From a virus (taxonomy: Duplodnaviria; Caudoviricetes): DNA of 25,935 nucleotides. The DNA lies in IMG/VR virus record IMGVR_UViG_3300037420_000838, positions 1 through 25,935 of that record. One strand, written 5' to 3'. The notes under the pieces were generated by a model. It was given only the letters and a program-made list of their open reading frames with translations, searched no databases and was not told the origin of the DNA. This document shows positions 9,543-18,384 of this stretch, piece after piece (positions within the stretch are counted from its first letter, which is position 1; every line of letters begins with the position of its first letter). Position numbers and translations under genes: made by a program.

Positions 9543-9707
9543 TTAGCACTTTTTGCCGGGCATCTTCTTGAAGCCCGAGGGCTTGCTCACCCTGCCACCC
9601 TTCGCGTATTTCCCCGCGCTGCCGCCGTTGCTTCGGCTCGGGCCAGCTTCCTGACCCGTCAGCTTCCCGGTTGCGATCTGATATCGCTGTCTGCATGCAT
9701 CACTCAT
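9543..9707 (-). CDS. Small basic protein (54 aa) with YAKGGRV motif
   Basis: Below the ORF-track cutoff; GGAGGAG RBS; MSDACRQRYQIATGKLTGQEAGPSRSNGGSAGKYAKGGRVSKPSGFKKMPGKKC. Confidence 0.65.
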   Translation of the reverse strand: MSDACRQRYQIATGKLTGQEAGPSRSNGGSAGKYAKGGRVSKPSGFKKMPGKKC

Positions 9708-9852
9708 CGGATTTCTCCTCCGTCTTGATCTCTTCCCAGCCCGCTCCGTTCCAAACTTTCTGAAACGGCGGGTACCAACCTTCCGGCGAGAACCACTCGT
9801 CCCCGATCTCTCGGGGTTCGTGGCTCGGTTCGTTCGTCGAATAGACTCGCAT
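9700..9852 (-). CDS. Small protein (50 aa) with GDxW...KVWNGxxW motif
   Basis: Below the ORF-track cutoff; GGAGAG RBS; MRVYSTNEPSHEPREIGDEWFSPEGWYPPFQKVWNGAGWEEIKTEEKSDE; its stop overlaps the next start. Confidence 0.5.
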   Translation of the reverse strand: MRVYSTNEPSHEPREIGDEWFSPEGWYPPFQKVWNGAGWEEIKTEEKSDE

Positions 9853-9862
9853 TAATCTCTCC

Positions 9863-9898
9863 AAAAAAACGCGAGGACTTTGGGAACGGTGCCTCGCG
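9863..9898 (-). terminator. Rho-independent terminator
   Basis: Minus strand CGCGAGG-15 nt-CCTCGCG followed by T7. Confidence 0.65.
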
Positions 9899-9944
9899 AA
9901 AATTACCGTCGCTTACAACGACACGGTTGGCCGTGCGTTGATCC

Positions 9945-10247
9945 CTATCGAGTCACGTGCTTCACTCCCCACATCACAGCTTCTTCGATCTTCGTCTGAG
10001 CCAAGCTCAGCTCTCGAGACGTATGTCGAATATCAAAGCTGGCATCGACGGTATCGAACGTCTGAACGGTTCCCCCGATTTCATGCAGCAATCGAATGAA
10101 TTCGAGCCCTTTATCTTTCAGGGCTTGCATCTGAGCTTTCTCGGCATCGCTAAGCACGCGATACTGATGACGCATAACATTGTTGACTATTCGAGCATCA
10201 CTCGTCGAAGAAACCCGATCAGCTGTCTCGCTTTTCACGATGGTCAT
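9945..10247 (-). CDS. Acb2/Tad1-like helical-hairpin protein (putative cyclic-nucleotide sponge, anti-defence)
   Basis: YRVLSDAEKAQMQALKDKGLEF resembles the Acb2 N-terminal YRxLSxxE...K..G..F helix. SRELSLAQTKIEEAVMW resembles the Tad1-type SREx(S/A)LAxTKxEEAxxW motif. Confidence 0.7.
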   Translation of the reverse strand: MTIVKSETADRVSSTSDARIVNNVMRHQYRVLSDAEKAQMQALKDKGLEFIRLLHEIGGTVQTFDTVDASFDIRHTSRELSLAQTKIEEAVMWGVKHVTR

Positions 10248-10250
10248 ATC

Positions 10251-12797
10251 CTATCCTCCGCCTGGGTTGATCCCAGTTCCGGTTTGGAGCTGGGTGTTCT
10301 CGTTGTTTTCGATCTCGGCCGCAGCGATAGTCATTGCGGTGAGGTTGTCTTGCTGATTCATTCGCTCCCTGACTTGGTTGTCGGTCATGTTGCGAGCATC
10401 GGCATGACGTTCCTTGAAATCGGCGATCTCTCTCTCCGAGATAATACGCTGCGCAACCTCGGCAGCTTTGCCCTTCTGCTTGGTAACTTCCCTCTCGGTA
10501 GCACCTTGTTCCTTCATCGTCGTCTCTTCCTTGCGAGCCTGAGCCTTCAAGGTTTCGGTCTCCTTCTGAATCTGAGCAACTTGCAACGCCGGGTCCTGCA
10601 TCGGCGGCGCGTACTGCTGCTGAACCTGCAGCGCTTGCGCGACGATCTGCGGTAGCTGAGCGAACTGCTGCGCCCCCGCTTGGATCAGTTTCGGCGACGC
10701 CTGAGCTAGCAACCGATCCAGCTCCTGCTTCACGCCAGGATCCTTTTGCTTCATGACATCCTCGAACGACATGTCCCCGGCCAAAGCACCTTCGACCATA
10801 TTGAATGCTTCGTTCACGTACCAGAGAACGACGTGCTCTCGGATATGCGACAGCATGGCAGGAACATAATTCGGAGCGATCACCGCCAGATAACCGAAGA
10901 ATGGACTCTGCAAGAAATCCAGGTGCACCTGCAAGTGGGCCAGATGATCCTGTTCAGGAAAGGCAGCAATCGGCCGACCGAGAGACGAAGCTACGTTTTC
11001 GTTGACCGCATTCATCTCCTGAGCTTTCTGCTCGGGAATCAATAGTTCCTTCGCGTTCGGAATCTTGGTCCTCTCGAGAATCAGCTCCTCAACCTTTCTC
11101 TGATCATACAGGGGGTTGCCGGCGGCACGAGTGGCCACCATCTGGATCTGAGCGTAACGCTGAACGTCGCTGAAGATCTGGGGATCTGAAACAGGAACTA
11201 CGTCGAGGGGAGCTTGGAAGTCCCTCCTAAGCGCCATGACCTCGCCAGTCTCGTCTTTGATTTCTTCCGTGGTTACGTACAGGCGATTGATCCGATGCAG
11301 GATCTTGATCACCATATCCATCGAGTGGTGCAACCTGGAATGAATCGCCGACAGGACTTTTAGTCCCTGCTCAATAATCGCCATGGTCGTGCCGACCGGC
11401 ATTTGAGCACTTGAAGTCTCCGTCAGATTCTCCATCGCGGTCTTGATCGTATCTTCGCCTTCCTTGATCAATAGACCGAGAAGCTCGACCAGAACCGACG
11501 ACGGAGGATTGAATGGAATCGACATCATCAGCTTACGGATATCGTCCGTGGCGATGCCGCCCTCAACCTCCGTGATCTGAGTAGCAGCGAGCTGAACCGA
11601 CTGACCTGTGAAGTTCGTTCCCTTCAGCTTCAACAGGGTTGGCAGGTTGTTGATATGCGCCGAATCGAGCAACGCTCGCAGCGCGCCAGTAGCAGCACCG
11701 GAGAGCCAGCCGATCATATGACCCAAACCGATATGATAGACGCCGCGCCACGGGACGAATCCGAACTCGGCCATCCAGAACATCGGCTCTTTCTTCTCGT
11801 CCTGCTCTTCCCAGTTGCGAACGACGGATAGCACCTTGTGCGTATGGGCGCAGATCGAAATCAGGTAGGGGGCGAAGCCGACTTTCTCTTCCAGCTCGGC
11901 GTACGTCATCACCTCATATATATCTCGCAAGCCGTCGGCGTTATATGCGCTATCGCTCTTGCCTTCGATTTTCTGAGTCGCTTTCTCGGATTCCGTAACT
12001 TCCGGAACCTGATTGCTCGGCGTAACGTCTTCCAGGTGATCGATATCCAGATATTGACCGGACTCGACACGATTCCTGAATTCGAAGCGCGTGATGTGCT
12101 CGACGTACGTGGCACGCTCGGCTGAATAGAACGAGCTGGCCGCATACGGCAAATAAACATCATCGATAGGAACGAAGATCGGAACAGGACGTTTCTTTTT
12201 GTGATCGTAGACGAGTCGCAAATATTGAGAGCCTCCCAGGGGGAGCTGGGTCAACAGCTGCTCAAGCTCGGCCCGGAACTCTGGCATCTGAACCTTGAAC
12301 TGCCAGTTCATATACGTTTTCTTGCGACGAGCTTTCTCGACGCGAGCTTTCGTACTCTCGCCCGGAATGAAATCCTTCACCGGACCTTCAGGGGGCATCA
12401 GCTCGCCGATGGCTCGTGATTCGAATTCGACCACGGCCTTCGTCAGCATCGGGTGAACGACTTTGCTTGCTCCCTCGAAGTCGGCCCCGCCAGGAGCTTC
12501 ATCTCCTAAGCCCGTGCGCTTGATCGCTTCTTCCTGCTGCTTGTCGCGTTCCTTGCGGCAGTCTTTGTCGTAATCGATTTTCTGAATCAGATCGAGAGCC
12601 ATGTCGTCGAGATCACGATCATCCAGCTCTTCAGCAATGTTTCTATAGAAATCTGATTCATCCGCCGGCGAAGGAGTATCATCGTCTAGGGAAACGATGG
12701 CACCCCCGTCGTCAGTATCTTCCGTATCCGAAGCCTCGGCCTCGAATTGAAGAATCTTATCTTCCTCGGTTTCGATCTCTTGTGGATTAGCAGCCAC
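10251..12797 (-). CDS. Portal protein
   Basis: Likely GTG start at 12797 after an AGGAG RBS (848 aa). FEGASKVVHPML, PVGTTMAIIEQG, SAIHSRLH, PVSDP and QDHLAH motifs; located between terminase and scaffold. Confidence 0.85.
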   Translation of the reverse strand: MAANPQEIETEEDKILQFEAEASDTEDTDDGGAIVSLDDDTPSPADESDFYRNIAEELDDRDLDDMALDLIQKIDYDKDCRKERDKQQEEAIKRTGLGDEAPGGADFEGASKVVHPMLTKAVVEFESRAIGELMPPEGPVKDFIPGESTKARVEKARRKKTYMNWQFKVQMPEFRAELEQLLTQLPLGGSQYLRLVYDHKKKRPVPIFVPIDDVYLPYAASSFYSAERATYVEHITRFEFRNRVESGQYLDIDHLEDVTPSNQVPEVTESEKATQKIEGKSDSAYNADGLRDIYEVMTYAELEEKVGFAPYLISICAHTHKVLSVVRNWEEQDEKKEPMFWMAEFGFVPWRGVYHIGLGHMIGWLSGAATGALRALLDSAHINNLPTLLKLKGTNFTGQSVQLAATQITEVEGGIATDDIRKLMMSIPFNPPSSVLVELLGLLIKEGEDTIKTAMENLTETSSAQMPVGTTMAIIEQGLKVLSAIHSRLHHSMDMVIKILHRINRLYVTTEEIKDETGEVMALRRDFQAPLDVVPVSDPQIFSDVQRYAQIQMVATRAAGNPLYDQRKVEELILERTKIPNAKELLIPEQKAQEMNAVNENVASSLGRPIAAFPEQDHLAHLQVHLDFLQSPFFGYLAVIAPNYVPAMLSHIREHVVLWYVNEAFNMVEGALAGDMSFEDVMKQKDPGVKQELDRLLAQASPKLIQAGAQQFAQLPQIVAQALQVQQQYAPPMQDPALQVAQIQKETETLKAQARKEETTMKEQGATEREVTKQKGKAAEVAQRIISEREIADFKERHADARNMTDNQVRERMNQQDNLTAMTIAAAEIENNENTQLQTGTGINPGGG

Positions 12798-12807
12798 GTC
12801 GTATCTC

Positions 12808-13185
12808 CTACCAATCTGACGGAGCCGAGAGCGGCTCACCGGAATTCGCTTTGACCTGGACGACTCGATCATCCCAGAGCGCGATCATCGAGAAATCCTT
12901 GCAGCAGGTGACGGGTAATATAACTCCAAGATGCTTTAAGCACCATTTTTCAATGAACACCCGCGCTTGCTGCGCCTCTCGATATCGATCCCCGGCCGGC
13001 TCACCCGATTCCCCACAATAGACACGGGCCGTCATAATCTTGACGCGCTGACCATTCGAGATCCAATCCTTGACGCGTTCGAGCATCGCCGGAATCGGAT
13101 CACCGATATGATCGATTCCTTTCCAGCCGGTATATTCGGCGAGCGTTGCATCCAGATCGACGCCGATCCAACCGTTGTTACTCAT
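12808..13185 (-). CDS. HAD-superfamily phosphatase (polynucleotide kinase 3'-phosphatase-like)
   Basis: Motif I IGVDLDATL, motif II IMTAR, a Lys, and motif IV WDDR; start at ATG 13185 (ATGA overlap). Confidence 0.75.
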   Translation of the reverse strand: MSNNGWIGVDLDATLAEYTGWKGIDHIGDPIPAMLERVKDWISNGQRVKIMTARVYCGESGEPAGDRYREAQQARVFIEKWCLKHLGVILPVTCCKDFSMIALWDDRVVQVKANSGEPLSAPSDW

Positions 13186-13391
13186 TTGTCCGCCTCGTGA
13201 GCAATCCTGATTGAAAGATCGGAGCAATCTTTCTCGAGCTTCATGATTTCTCGATTGATTCGTCCGAGGTCCGGCTGGCCGGCCATGTTAACGCACGAAA
13301 GCTTGATTGCTTCGGCGTCCAGAATTGCCAGCGTAAATTCCTTTCGAGCTAGCTCTCGAATCAATGCAATCATCGGCAACGGGTCGCTCAT
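13182..13391 (-). CDS. Hypothetical protein (69 aa)
   Basis: ATG 13391 overlaps the upstream stop (ATGA); GAGG RBS; its own stop overlaps the next start. Confidence 0.55.
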   Translation of the reverse strand: MSDPLPMIALIRELARKEFTLAILDAEAIKLSCVNMAGQPDLGRINREIMKLEKDCSDLSIRIAHEADK

Positions 13392-13993
13392 GACGGCTTC
13401 CTCACGCATGCGTGCTTCATCGCCAGTGCCACCTGAGAAATATAATCGAACTTGTTCAGAGCACAGACCGGGCAGCGGTATTGGACGACGCCGAGCGAAC
13501 CAATAGTATTGATTGCCAGACGGATCAATGCTTCCTGAGCGTGCCACGCCGGATCGATGCGCTTATCTGCGAGCGCCGCTTTCAGGAATTCGACGTTGTC
13601 GTTGATCAAGTGTTCGATACCGTGCAACTTGATCTTATCCATCAGCCGGTCGTAATGCTCGTCGCAGAATTGGATCTTGGCGTCTTCCGGATTCGGCGAC
13701 ACGAGCATCTCCAACAGATTATCCTGGCTGATAACCGTTTTCATACGACGCCTCGTTTCTTTGCGAACTGGTACATCGCTCGCTCGCACATCGGGTGCAG
13801 GATCGCTCCGCCCCGGAATTCCCTTCCCAGCCCGGACGAGCTTTGGTCCTTTCTTCGCATGAGCAGCCGCTTCTCTAGCGGCGGATTCTTCGGCGAGTCG
13901 CTGCTTTTCTCGACGACGGCGTGCACGTTCTCGTCGCGCAACTTTCTCCGGATCTTCTTTGATAGCTTGTGGCTCATGTTTCACCTTTTTCAT
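13388..13993 (-). CDS. Hypothetical protein with FCxxH and CPVC motifs
   Basis: 201 aa; charged N-terminus; translationally coupled on both sides. Confidence 0.65.
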   Translation of the reverse strand: MKKVKHEPQAIKEDPEKVARRERARRRREKQRLAEESAAREAAAHAKKGPKLVRAGKGIPGRSDPAPDVRASDVPVRKETRRRMKTVISQDNLLEMLVSPNPEDAKIQFCDEHYDRLMDKIKLHGIEHLINDNVEFLKAALADKRIDPAWHAQEALIRLAINTIGSLGVVQYRCPVCALNKFDYISQVALAMKHACVRKPS

Positions 13994-14439
13994 TTCAACC
14001 TCAATTGTTTAGTAGCGATATCCACGAGACGACGTACCCCATCCTTACGAACCCACCCGGTAGACGTCCGGGTATATTCGGGCCAATCATTCGGCGGAGT
14101 CGATGCAGGGATTAGATCGAAGTCATCGTGCGTCGCGTAGCACCAGTGTCCGTCCGGATCGTAATCACCTTGCACCTCGGCCGGAACCATATCCCCAACG
14201 ACTACTCCGTGCCCCCAATATTGAAAGATGGGTCGTGACAAGCTCCCGTGGATTCGCTGGTCGTAGTTGGACAGGAAGAATCGCCCGCGTCGAATCCTCC
14301 GGGGATCACCGACGTCTGTTCTATTGATTGCGGAATCGACGAGACTTCCGAATTCGATTTTTCTTTGCGGGACAAGCGCCGTTCGTTCACTCGTCGTCTC
14401 AGATATCGATACATCGTTCTCTCCTTCGTTACTTGACAT
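13990..14439 (-). CDS. Hypothetical protein
   Basis: ATG 14439 with GGAG RBS; stop overlaps the next start. Confidence 0.55.
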   Translation of the reverse strand: MSSNEGENDVSISETTSERTALVPQRKIEFGSLVDSAINRTDVGDPRRIRRGRFFLSNYDQRIHGSLSRPIFQYWGHGVVVGDMVPAEVQGDYDPDGHWCYATHDDFDLIPASTPPNDWPEYTRTSTGWVRKDGVRRLVDIATKQLRLK

Positions 14440-14608
14440 GTTTCTTCTCCCACATACGCAGCACATACGGCTTGTGTGCGCGGGCGTGCTCGACAGCTTC
14501 CGCCATTCGCTCCCGCATTGTTTCAGGGGGAATAGAACGTCGAAACGAAAAGGCCGGGTCGCCGAATGGATGGCGAGGAGGGCAGTCGCGTTTTGGTTTA
14601 TTGCGCAT
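14429..14608 (-). CDS. Hypothetical protein (59 aa)
   Basis: Below the cutoff; fills the gap after terL with short overlaps at both ends; MRNKPKRDCPPRHPFGDPAFSFRRSIPPETMRERMAEAVEHARAHKPYVLRMWEKKHVK. Confidence 0.4.
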   Translation of the reverse strand: MRNKPKRDCPPRHPFGDPAFSFRRSIPPETMRERMAEAVEHARAHKPYVLRMWEKKHVK

Positions 14609-16118
14609 ACGGATTCCTCTGTTGCAATTTCTTCATCCGCGCTATGGCTTTCTGACGCATAATATCTTCGACATCCTGTTTGAATTCCAGAGGTCCGAAG
14701 AATTTATCCATGTAGAGCTTTAGCGCTTGCGTCGTCGTATCTAACAAGTCGTCGTGTTCGATGCTGCCTTCGCCGACGAACGAGCAGACCTGGCTGATAA
14801 GCGGATTAGCCCAGGTCTTCGGTTGCCCCGCTCGAACATCAGACTCGACGCACCACACTCGTCCGTGAGCAAACATCGGGCTCACCGCATGTAAGCGGGA
14901 GAGCTTGTCCATCGCTCCGGGATTATACGACTCAGTGATTATATTTTCCACGGCCAGCGCCTGACGGAGGGAAATGCCACTCCCCTTTTCCTCAATCAAT
15001 AGTAAATCTGGCCTCCTCCCTTGATGAGCTGGTCGCATTTCTCGAACGTCGAACTTCGGCTTCAGCCTCGGCTCGTTGTGATCTCCGTACGTCAAGTTAC
15101 GTTCGATCTTGACCCGCTTCATCAGCGCCGGGAACCCGAGCCGATCCTCCCAGCAATCGAGAAGCATGATGTTTAGTTTCTTTTCGTATTCGAACAAACC
15201 CCAGACGCTGCAAGCTGTCGGGTCGTTCTCTTGTTTCTTTTTATCGAATGTTTTCTCAGTGAATGCCGTATCCAGGGACATGATAACGTATTTGAAACGT
15301 GGCAGCGGTCGTCCCGCTTTCCACAAGCGCCACTGGCTGCGCTTAACGAAGCCCGCTTCCTCCGGATCTAACAACTCTCCCCACAGCTCTTGCCTGCCGA
15401 CGTTTGTTCCTTCGTATTTCGCAACGTTTTGGAAATAGCTTTCAGGGAGGTTAGAGCTGTTCTCGTAGGTGCTGCCGGTCACGAGAACCGTGCGGGGGTC
15501 TTCGCTCAATGCTCGGACGAACGGCTTAGGCTTCGGCGTGGACGTCCAACAAACCTGCGGATTGTCTCCCAAGCGCAAACCGAACATCAGGTTATCCCAC
15601 GCCATCTCGGGATATTTCCAGCTAGCTATCTCGTCGCACCATGCCGCGTGATGCTGTGGGCCGCGCAATCGTTCAGGGGAATCGCCAGCGAAGCCGCGAA
15701 TCAGCGAGCCGTTGACGAGACGGACCGATGGGAGGGTGAGAGAAATATCCGCAATCAGATCCGGAGGAATAATGTTTAGTAATCCGGTCTCGCCTTCGAA
15801 ACAGGTATAGCGTACGTCACCGTACGTCGGCGCGACTACCGCGAAGTACCCATTATTGATTTCGCACGCGAGCAGCCCGAGCCAGTTAGCGGCCGTTAGC
15901 GTTTTGCCGAAGCCGCGCCCCGAGCGAATGCCCCAGATCGTCCAATTCGGATCGGCCGGGGGTAATTGCTTGCGACGTGCCTTCGTGCGCCACGAGAGCT
16001 TCCAACGTAAATAGTGAAGCTCAGGGGTGCTGAATTCGTCAAGCCGTTTACGAAGATTTTCCGGACTTAGGCTTGCGAGATTTAGCTGTTGCCTGTTGGA
16101 TAGTGCTGTTGTCGCCAT
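14598..16118 (-). CDS. terL: Terminase large subunit
   Basis: Q-motif (KQLPP), Walker A SGRGFGKT, RLRGP, Walker B AAWCDE, coupling motif TSTP, RNase H-like nuclease SLDTA...IEEKGSG...HDDLLD. Confidence 0.95.
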   Translation of the reverse strand: MATTALSNRQQLNLASLSPENLRKRLDEFSTPELHYLRWKLSWRTKARRKQLPPADPNWTIWGIRSGRGFGKTLTAANWLGLLACEINNGYFAVVAPTYGDVRYTCFEGETGLLNIIPPDLIADISLTLPSVRLVNGSLIRGFAGDSPERLRGPQHHAAWCDEIASWKYPEMAWDNLMFGLRLGDNPQVCWTSTPKPKPFVRALSEDPRTVLVTGSTYENSSNLPESYFQNVAKYEGTNVGRQELWGELLDPEEAGFVKRSQWRLWKAGRPLPRFKYVIMSLDTAFTEKTFDKKKQENDPTACSVWGLFEYEKKLNIMLLDCWEDRLGFPALMKRVKIERNLTYGDHNEPRLKPKFDVREMRPAHQGRRPDLLLIEEKGSGISLRQALAVENIITESYNPGAMDKLSRLHAVSPMFAHGRVWCVESDVRAGQPKTWANPLISQVCSFVGEGSIEHDDLLDTTTQALKLYMDKFFGPLEFKQDVEDIMRQKAIARMKKLQQRNPYAQ

Positions 16119-16635
16119 CGGGCTTCGGATTCACGAGGTTGACGATGGCGTCGATCAGCTCACCCTTGCCCGCCGTTATTTCTATCGGCTTGCCACCGGG
16201 TCCGCTCTGTTCGACAGCCGACCGCTGTTGCCAATGTTCCCTGGCTCGATTGTTCAGCCAGTACTTGATTGCCTCGGTGTCCGGTGGATAATGCTTCTTC
16301 ATCTGAAGCGTTTCGTAATAGTCTTTGTACTTTATAACTTCCGTGTGAGGCACGGTGTATTTGCCCGTCGCTTTCTTGAACAACGCGGCCACCACCTCAG
16401 CGTCACAATGCAGCCGCCCTTTATCCAATGCATCCCTGAAGCTCGGATAAAGTTTCTTCCAGCGTTTGAATAGAGACGGAGCAATGCCAAAGACTTGCGC
16501 GATTTCCTTATCGTCGAGACCGCGCATCGCGACCATCTTCACTTCCGTGAGGTAGTCGGGAAGAAACAAACCATTCGCCGGCCGTTCTTTGGGCCGGAAT
16601 CGCTTCGGTCTTTTCTTTACGATTCGAGCAGGCAC
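16048..16635 (-). CDS. terS: Terminase small subunit
   Basis: HTH (GLDDKEIAQVFGIAPSLFKRWKK), F..AL.KG, ALFKKATG, PPDTEAIKYWLNNR and SGPGGKPI; directly upstream of terL. Confidence 0.85.
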   Translation of the reverse strand: MPARIVKKRPKRFRPKERPANGLFLPDYLTEVKMVAMRGLDDKEIAQVFGIAPSLFKRWKKLYPSFRDALDKGRLHCDAEVVAALFKKATGKYTVPHTEVIKYKDYYETLQMKKHYPPDTEAIKYWLNNRAREHWQQRSAVEQSGPGGKPIEITAGKGELIDAIVNLVNPKPDGDNSTIQQATAKSRKPKSGKSS

Positions 16636-16703
16636 GCGCGCATCACCGTTACACCCTAGGTGAAGCGCATAATACCTAGAAGGGATGCGTGCGTCGAATT
16701 ACC

Positions 16704-16892
16704 TCATTGCATCGCTTTCTTGTTATATGTCTCGAGCACGACGGTCACCCTGATAACTCCGTCAATCTGTACCTGGGCACGGCTACTCTTGGTAAACGTC
16801 GTCAGCTCGTTGGCCGCTTGTAACAATGCTTCTTCCAATCGCTGGCGCTCGGCGTTCCATTCAGGGTTGCTCAGCTCGTCGGCAGTAATCAT
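16704..16892 (-). CDS. Hypothetical protein
   Basis: GGGAGG RBS; TAATG coupling with the upstream ORF. Confidence 0.55.
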   Translation of the reverse strand: MITADELSNPEWNAERQRLEEALLQAANELTTFTKSSRAQVQIDGVIRVTVVLETYNKKAMQ

Positions 16893-17062
16893 TAGACGGC
16901 CCTCCCTGTGCGTACCAAGTAAGCGTAGATGCGCTCGGCTTCGATTGCATCCTCGAACGCGCGCCGTAGCTCGCGTAGAACCGTTCGCTTCTGGCCTGAG
17001 CGTATCAGGTAATCGTTCGACAGCTTCGCACCAGCAGCGGCTTTCAATCTATTCGGAATCAT
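16892..17062 (-). CDS. Hypothetical protein
   Basis: ATG 17062 preceded by GGAGG; coupled to the next ORF. Confidence 0.55.
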   Translation of the reverse strand: MIPNRLKAAAGAKLSNDYLIRSGQKRTVLRELRRAFEDAIEAERIYAYLVRTGRAV

Positions 17063-17140
17063 TAGATCGTCCTCCACGTTTCTTTTATTCGCTCGGAACG
17101 ATTATAGCCCCGAGCGTTCACCGAGACCCGCTCGACGTTC

Positions 17141-17263
17141 TTATAGCTCGTACTCGTCACCGCAGCGTCGGCACTTGACGGTTGGTATGTGCGTGAACGA
17201 TTCGACGAACTCCCCGTCTTCGTGAAACCCGACCCAGCATAGGAAACGTTGCCACCAATTCAT
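17141..17263 (-). CDS. Small zinc-binding peptide (40 aa; LCxxGxH...CRRCG)
   Basis: Below the cutoff; GGAG RBS and ATGA overlap; MNWWQRFLCWVGFHEDGEFVESFTHIPTVKCRRCGDEYEL. Confidence 0.55.
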   Translation of the reverse strand: MNWWQRFLCWVGFHEDGEFVESFTHIPTVKCRRCGDEYEL

Positions 17264-17592
17264 GGTTGTTTCTCCGCCAAGTAACGTTGCGTCTGACAAC
17301 CGCCGCACTTGCATTCAGGGTGGTGCCACGTCGTGCTGCTCGTCAAGTGTGACGGAGGATGACCGATCCTCGCGTCCACCCACGCTTTGAATTGATCGGG
17401 CATCATCTCGCCCATGTCGGCATCGAGCACCTCGACGTAATGTTCCTGAACGTATCGCCAACGCGCGGCGTCTTTCAAGTATTCGGCTATCGACATCGCG
17501 AGGTGCAGCATGTCGGTAGCGCCAGCGGCTTTCAGGGTTTCAATGCTATTGCCGACGTAAGCCTGTACCTCGGCGAGTGAGCGTGCGTGCAT
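17260..17592 (-). CDS. Hypothetical phage protein (DAARWRY motif)
   Basis: AGGAGG RBS; the DAxRxRW/Y motif is common in small phage accessory proteins. Confidence 0.65.
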   Translation of the reverse strand: MHARSLAEVQAYVGNSIETLKAAGATDMLHLAMSIAEYLKDAARWRYVQEHYVEVLDADMGEMMPDQFKAWVDARIGHPPSHLTSSTTWHHPECKCGGCQTQRYLAEKQP

Positions 17593-18172
17593 AGAATGTT
17601 TCCTCCTGATACAAACAAGCGCTCACACCTGGATAGATATGAGCGCCCCCGTGTGATTAAGGCTGTGGATGTTTGCTACTTCATCGGGAGCCCTCCCCGT
17701 TCGTTACACGCAAGCTACGTGCGGACAAGCGTGACGTAAGCTAGCGCTGCTTGGTCCTGTGCGCAATGTTTCTAATCAACCAAGCGCTTGCACGGGAACC
17801 AATGCCACGTCTTGCACTTACGACACCAGGGTTTGAATGCTCGGTTCATGATGATTTGTTTTCTATTGATAAGAGCCGATCCTCGAAGCGAGAGCGCGAC
17901 TTTCCTCACGAGGTAGCATCAAGAATGCATTCGCCTTAGCCTCGCGGTAAGCACGCTCGAGAGACCGCTCGGCAAACACGGCCTCACGTTCAACAGATAT
18001 CTCGCATTAGGAAACGTTCCCCGAGATCGTCCGGTCGCTACTGCGTGGTGTTAATGTCCGACCGAGATCGAAAGAAACGTTTCCTGATACGAGCGGTGTA
18101 AAGCGTAAGCCGAATGCGTCACGACTTGCAACGTTTCTAATCTTGCTCCTGAACGCGGCCGCAATCGCGCGG

Positions 18173-18373
18173 TCAATGCATCGTATTATCAGGTGGAGCA
18201 GGCCCGTATATAACTTTGCAGTCAGGGCATACCCACCACAGCACGCCTTGACGTAGCTCTTTTACCAGGGCTGTCCGTTGCAGCACCGTCTGACCTGCGG
18301 GGGTGCGACCGAATCGGGTACAACGTGCGCAGCCTTCCTTAATCAATGCTAATCCCTGATCTTCATTCGGCAT
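18173..18373 (-). CDS. Small zinc-ribbon protein
   Basis: ATG 18373 with GGAGAG RBS; CARC...CPDC. Confidence 0.55.
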   Translation of the reverse strand: MPNEDQGLALIKEGCARCTRFGRTPAGQTVLQRTALVKELRQGVLWWVCPDCKVIYGPAPPDNTMH

Positions 18374-18384
18374 CGTCTCTCTCC

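Noticed and set aside
10164-10170. CTGATGA hammerhead-like core
   Set aside because: Antisense to the Acb2/Tad1-like gene with no supporting stems or GAAA.
12798-12872. ORF-track N-terminal extension of the portal
   Set aside because: It overlaps the HAD gene; GTG at 12797 has a good RBS.
3603-14140. Long plus-strand ORFs opposite structural genes (e.g. 3603-4430, 9957-10655, 13412-14140)
   Set aside because: Shadow frames of GC-rich minus-strand genes with no recognisable motifs.
17593-18172. tRNA or tmRNA in the ORF-poor region
   Set aside because: No cloverleaf or T-loop GTTCRA in a proper context was seen on either strand.
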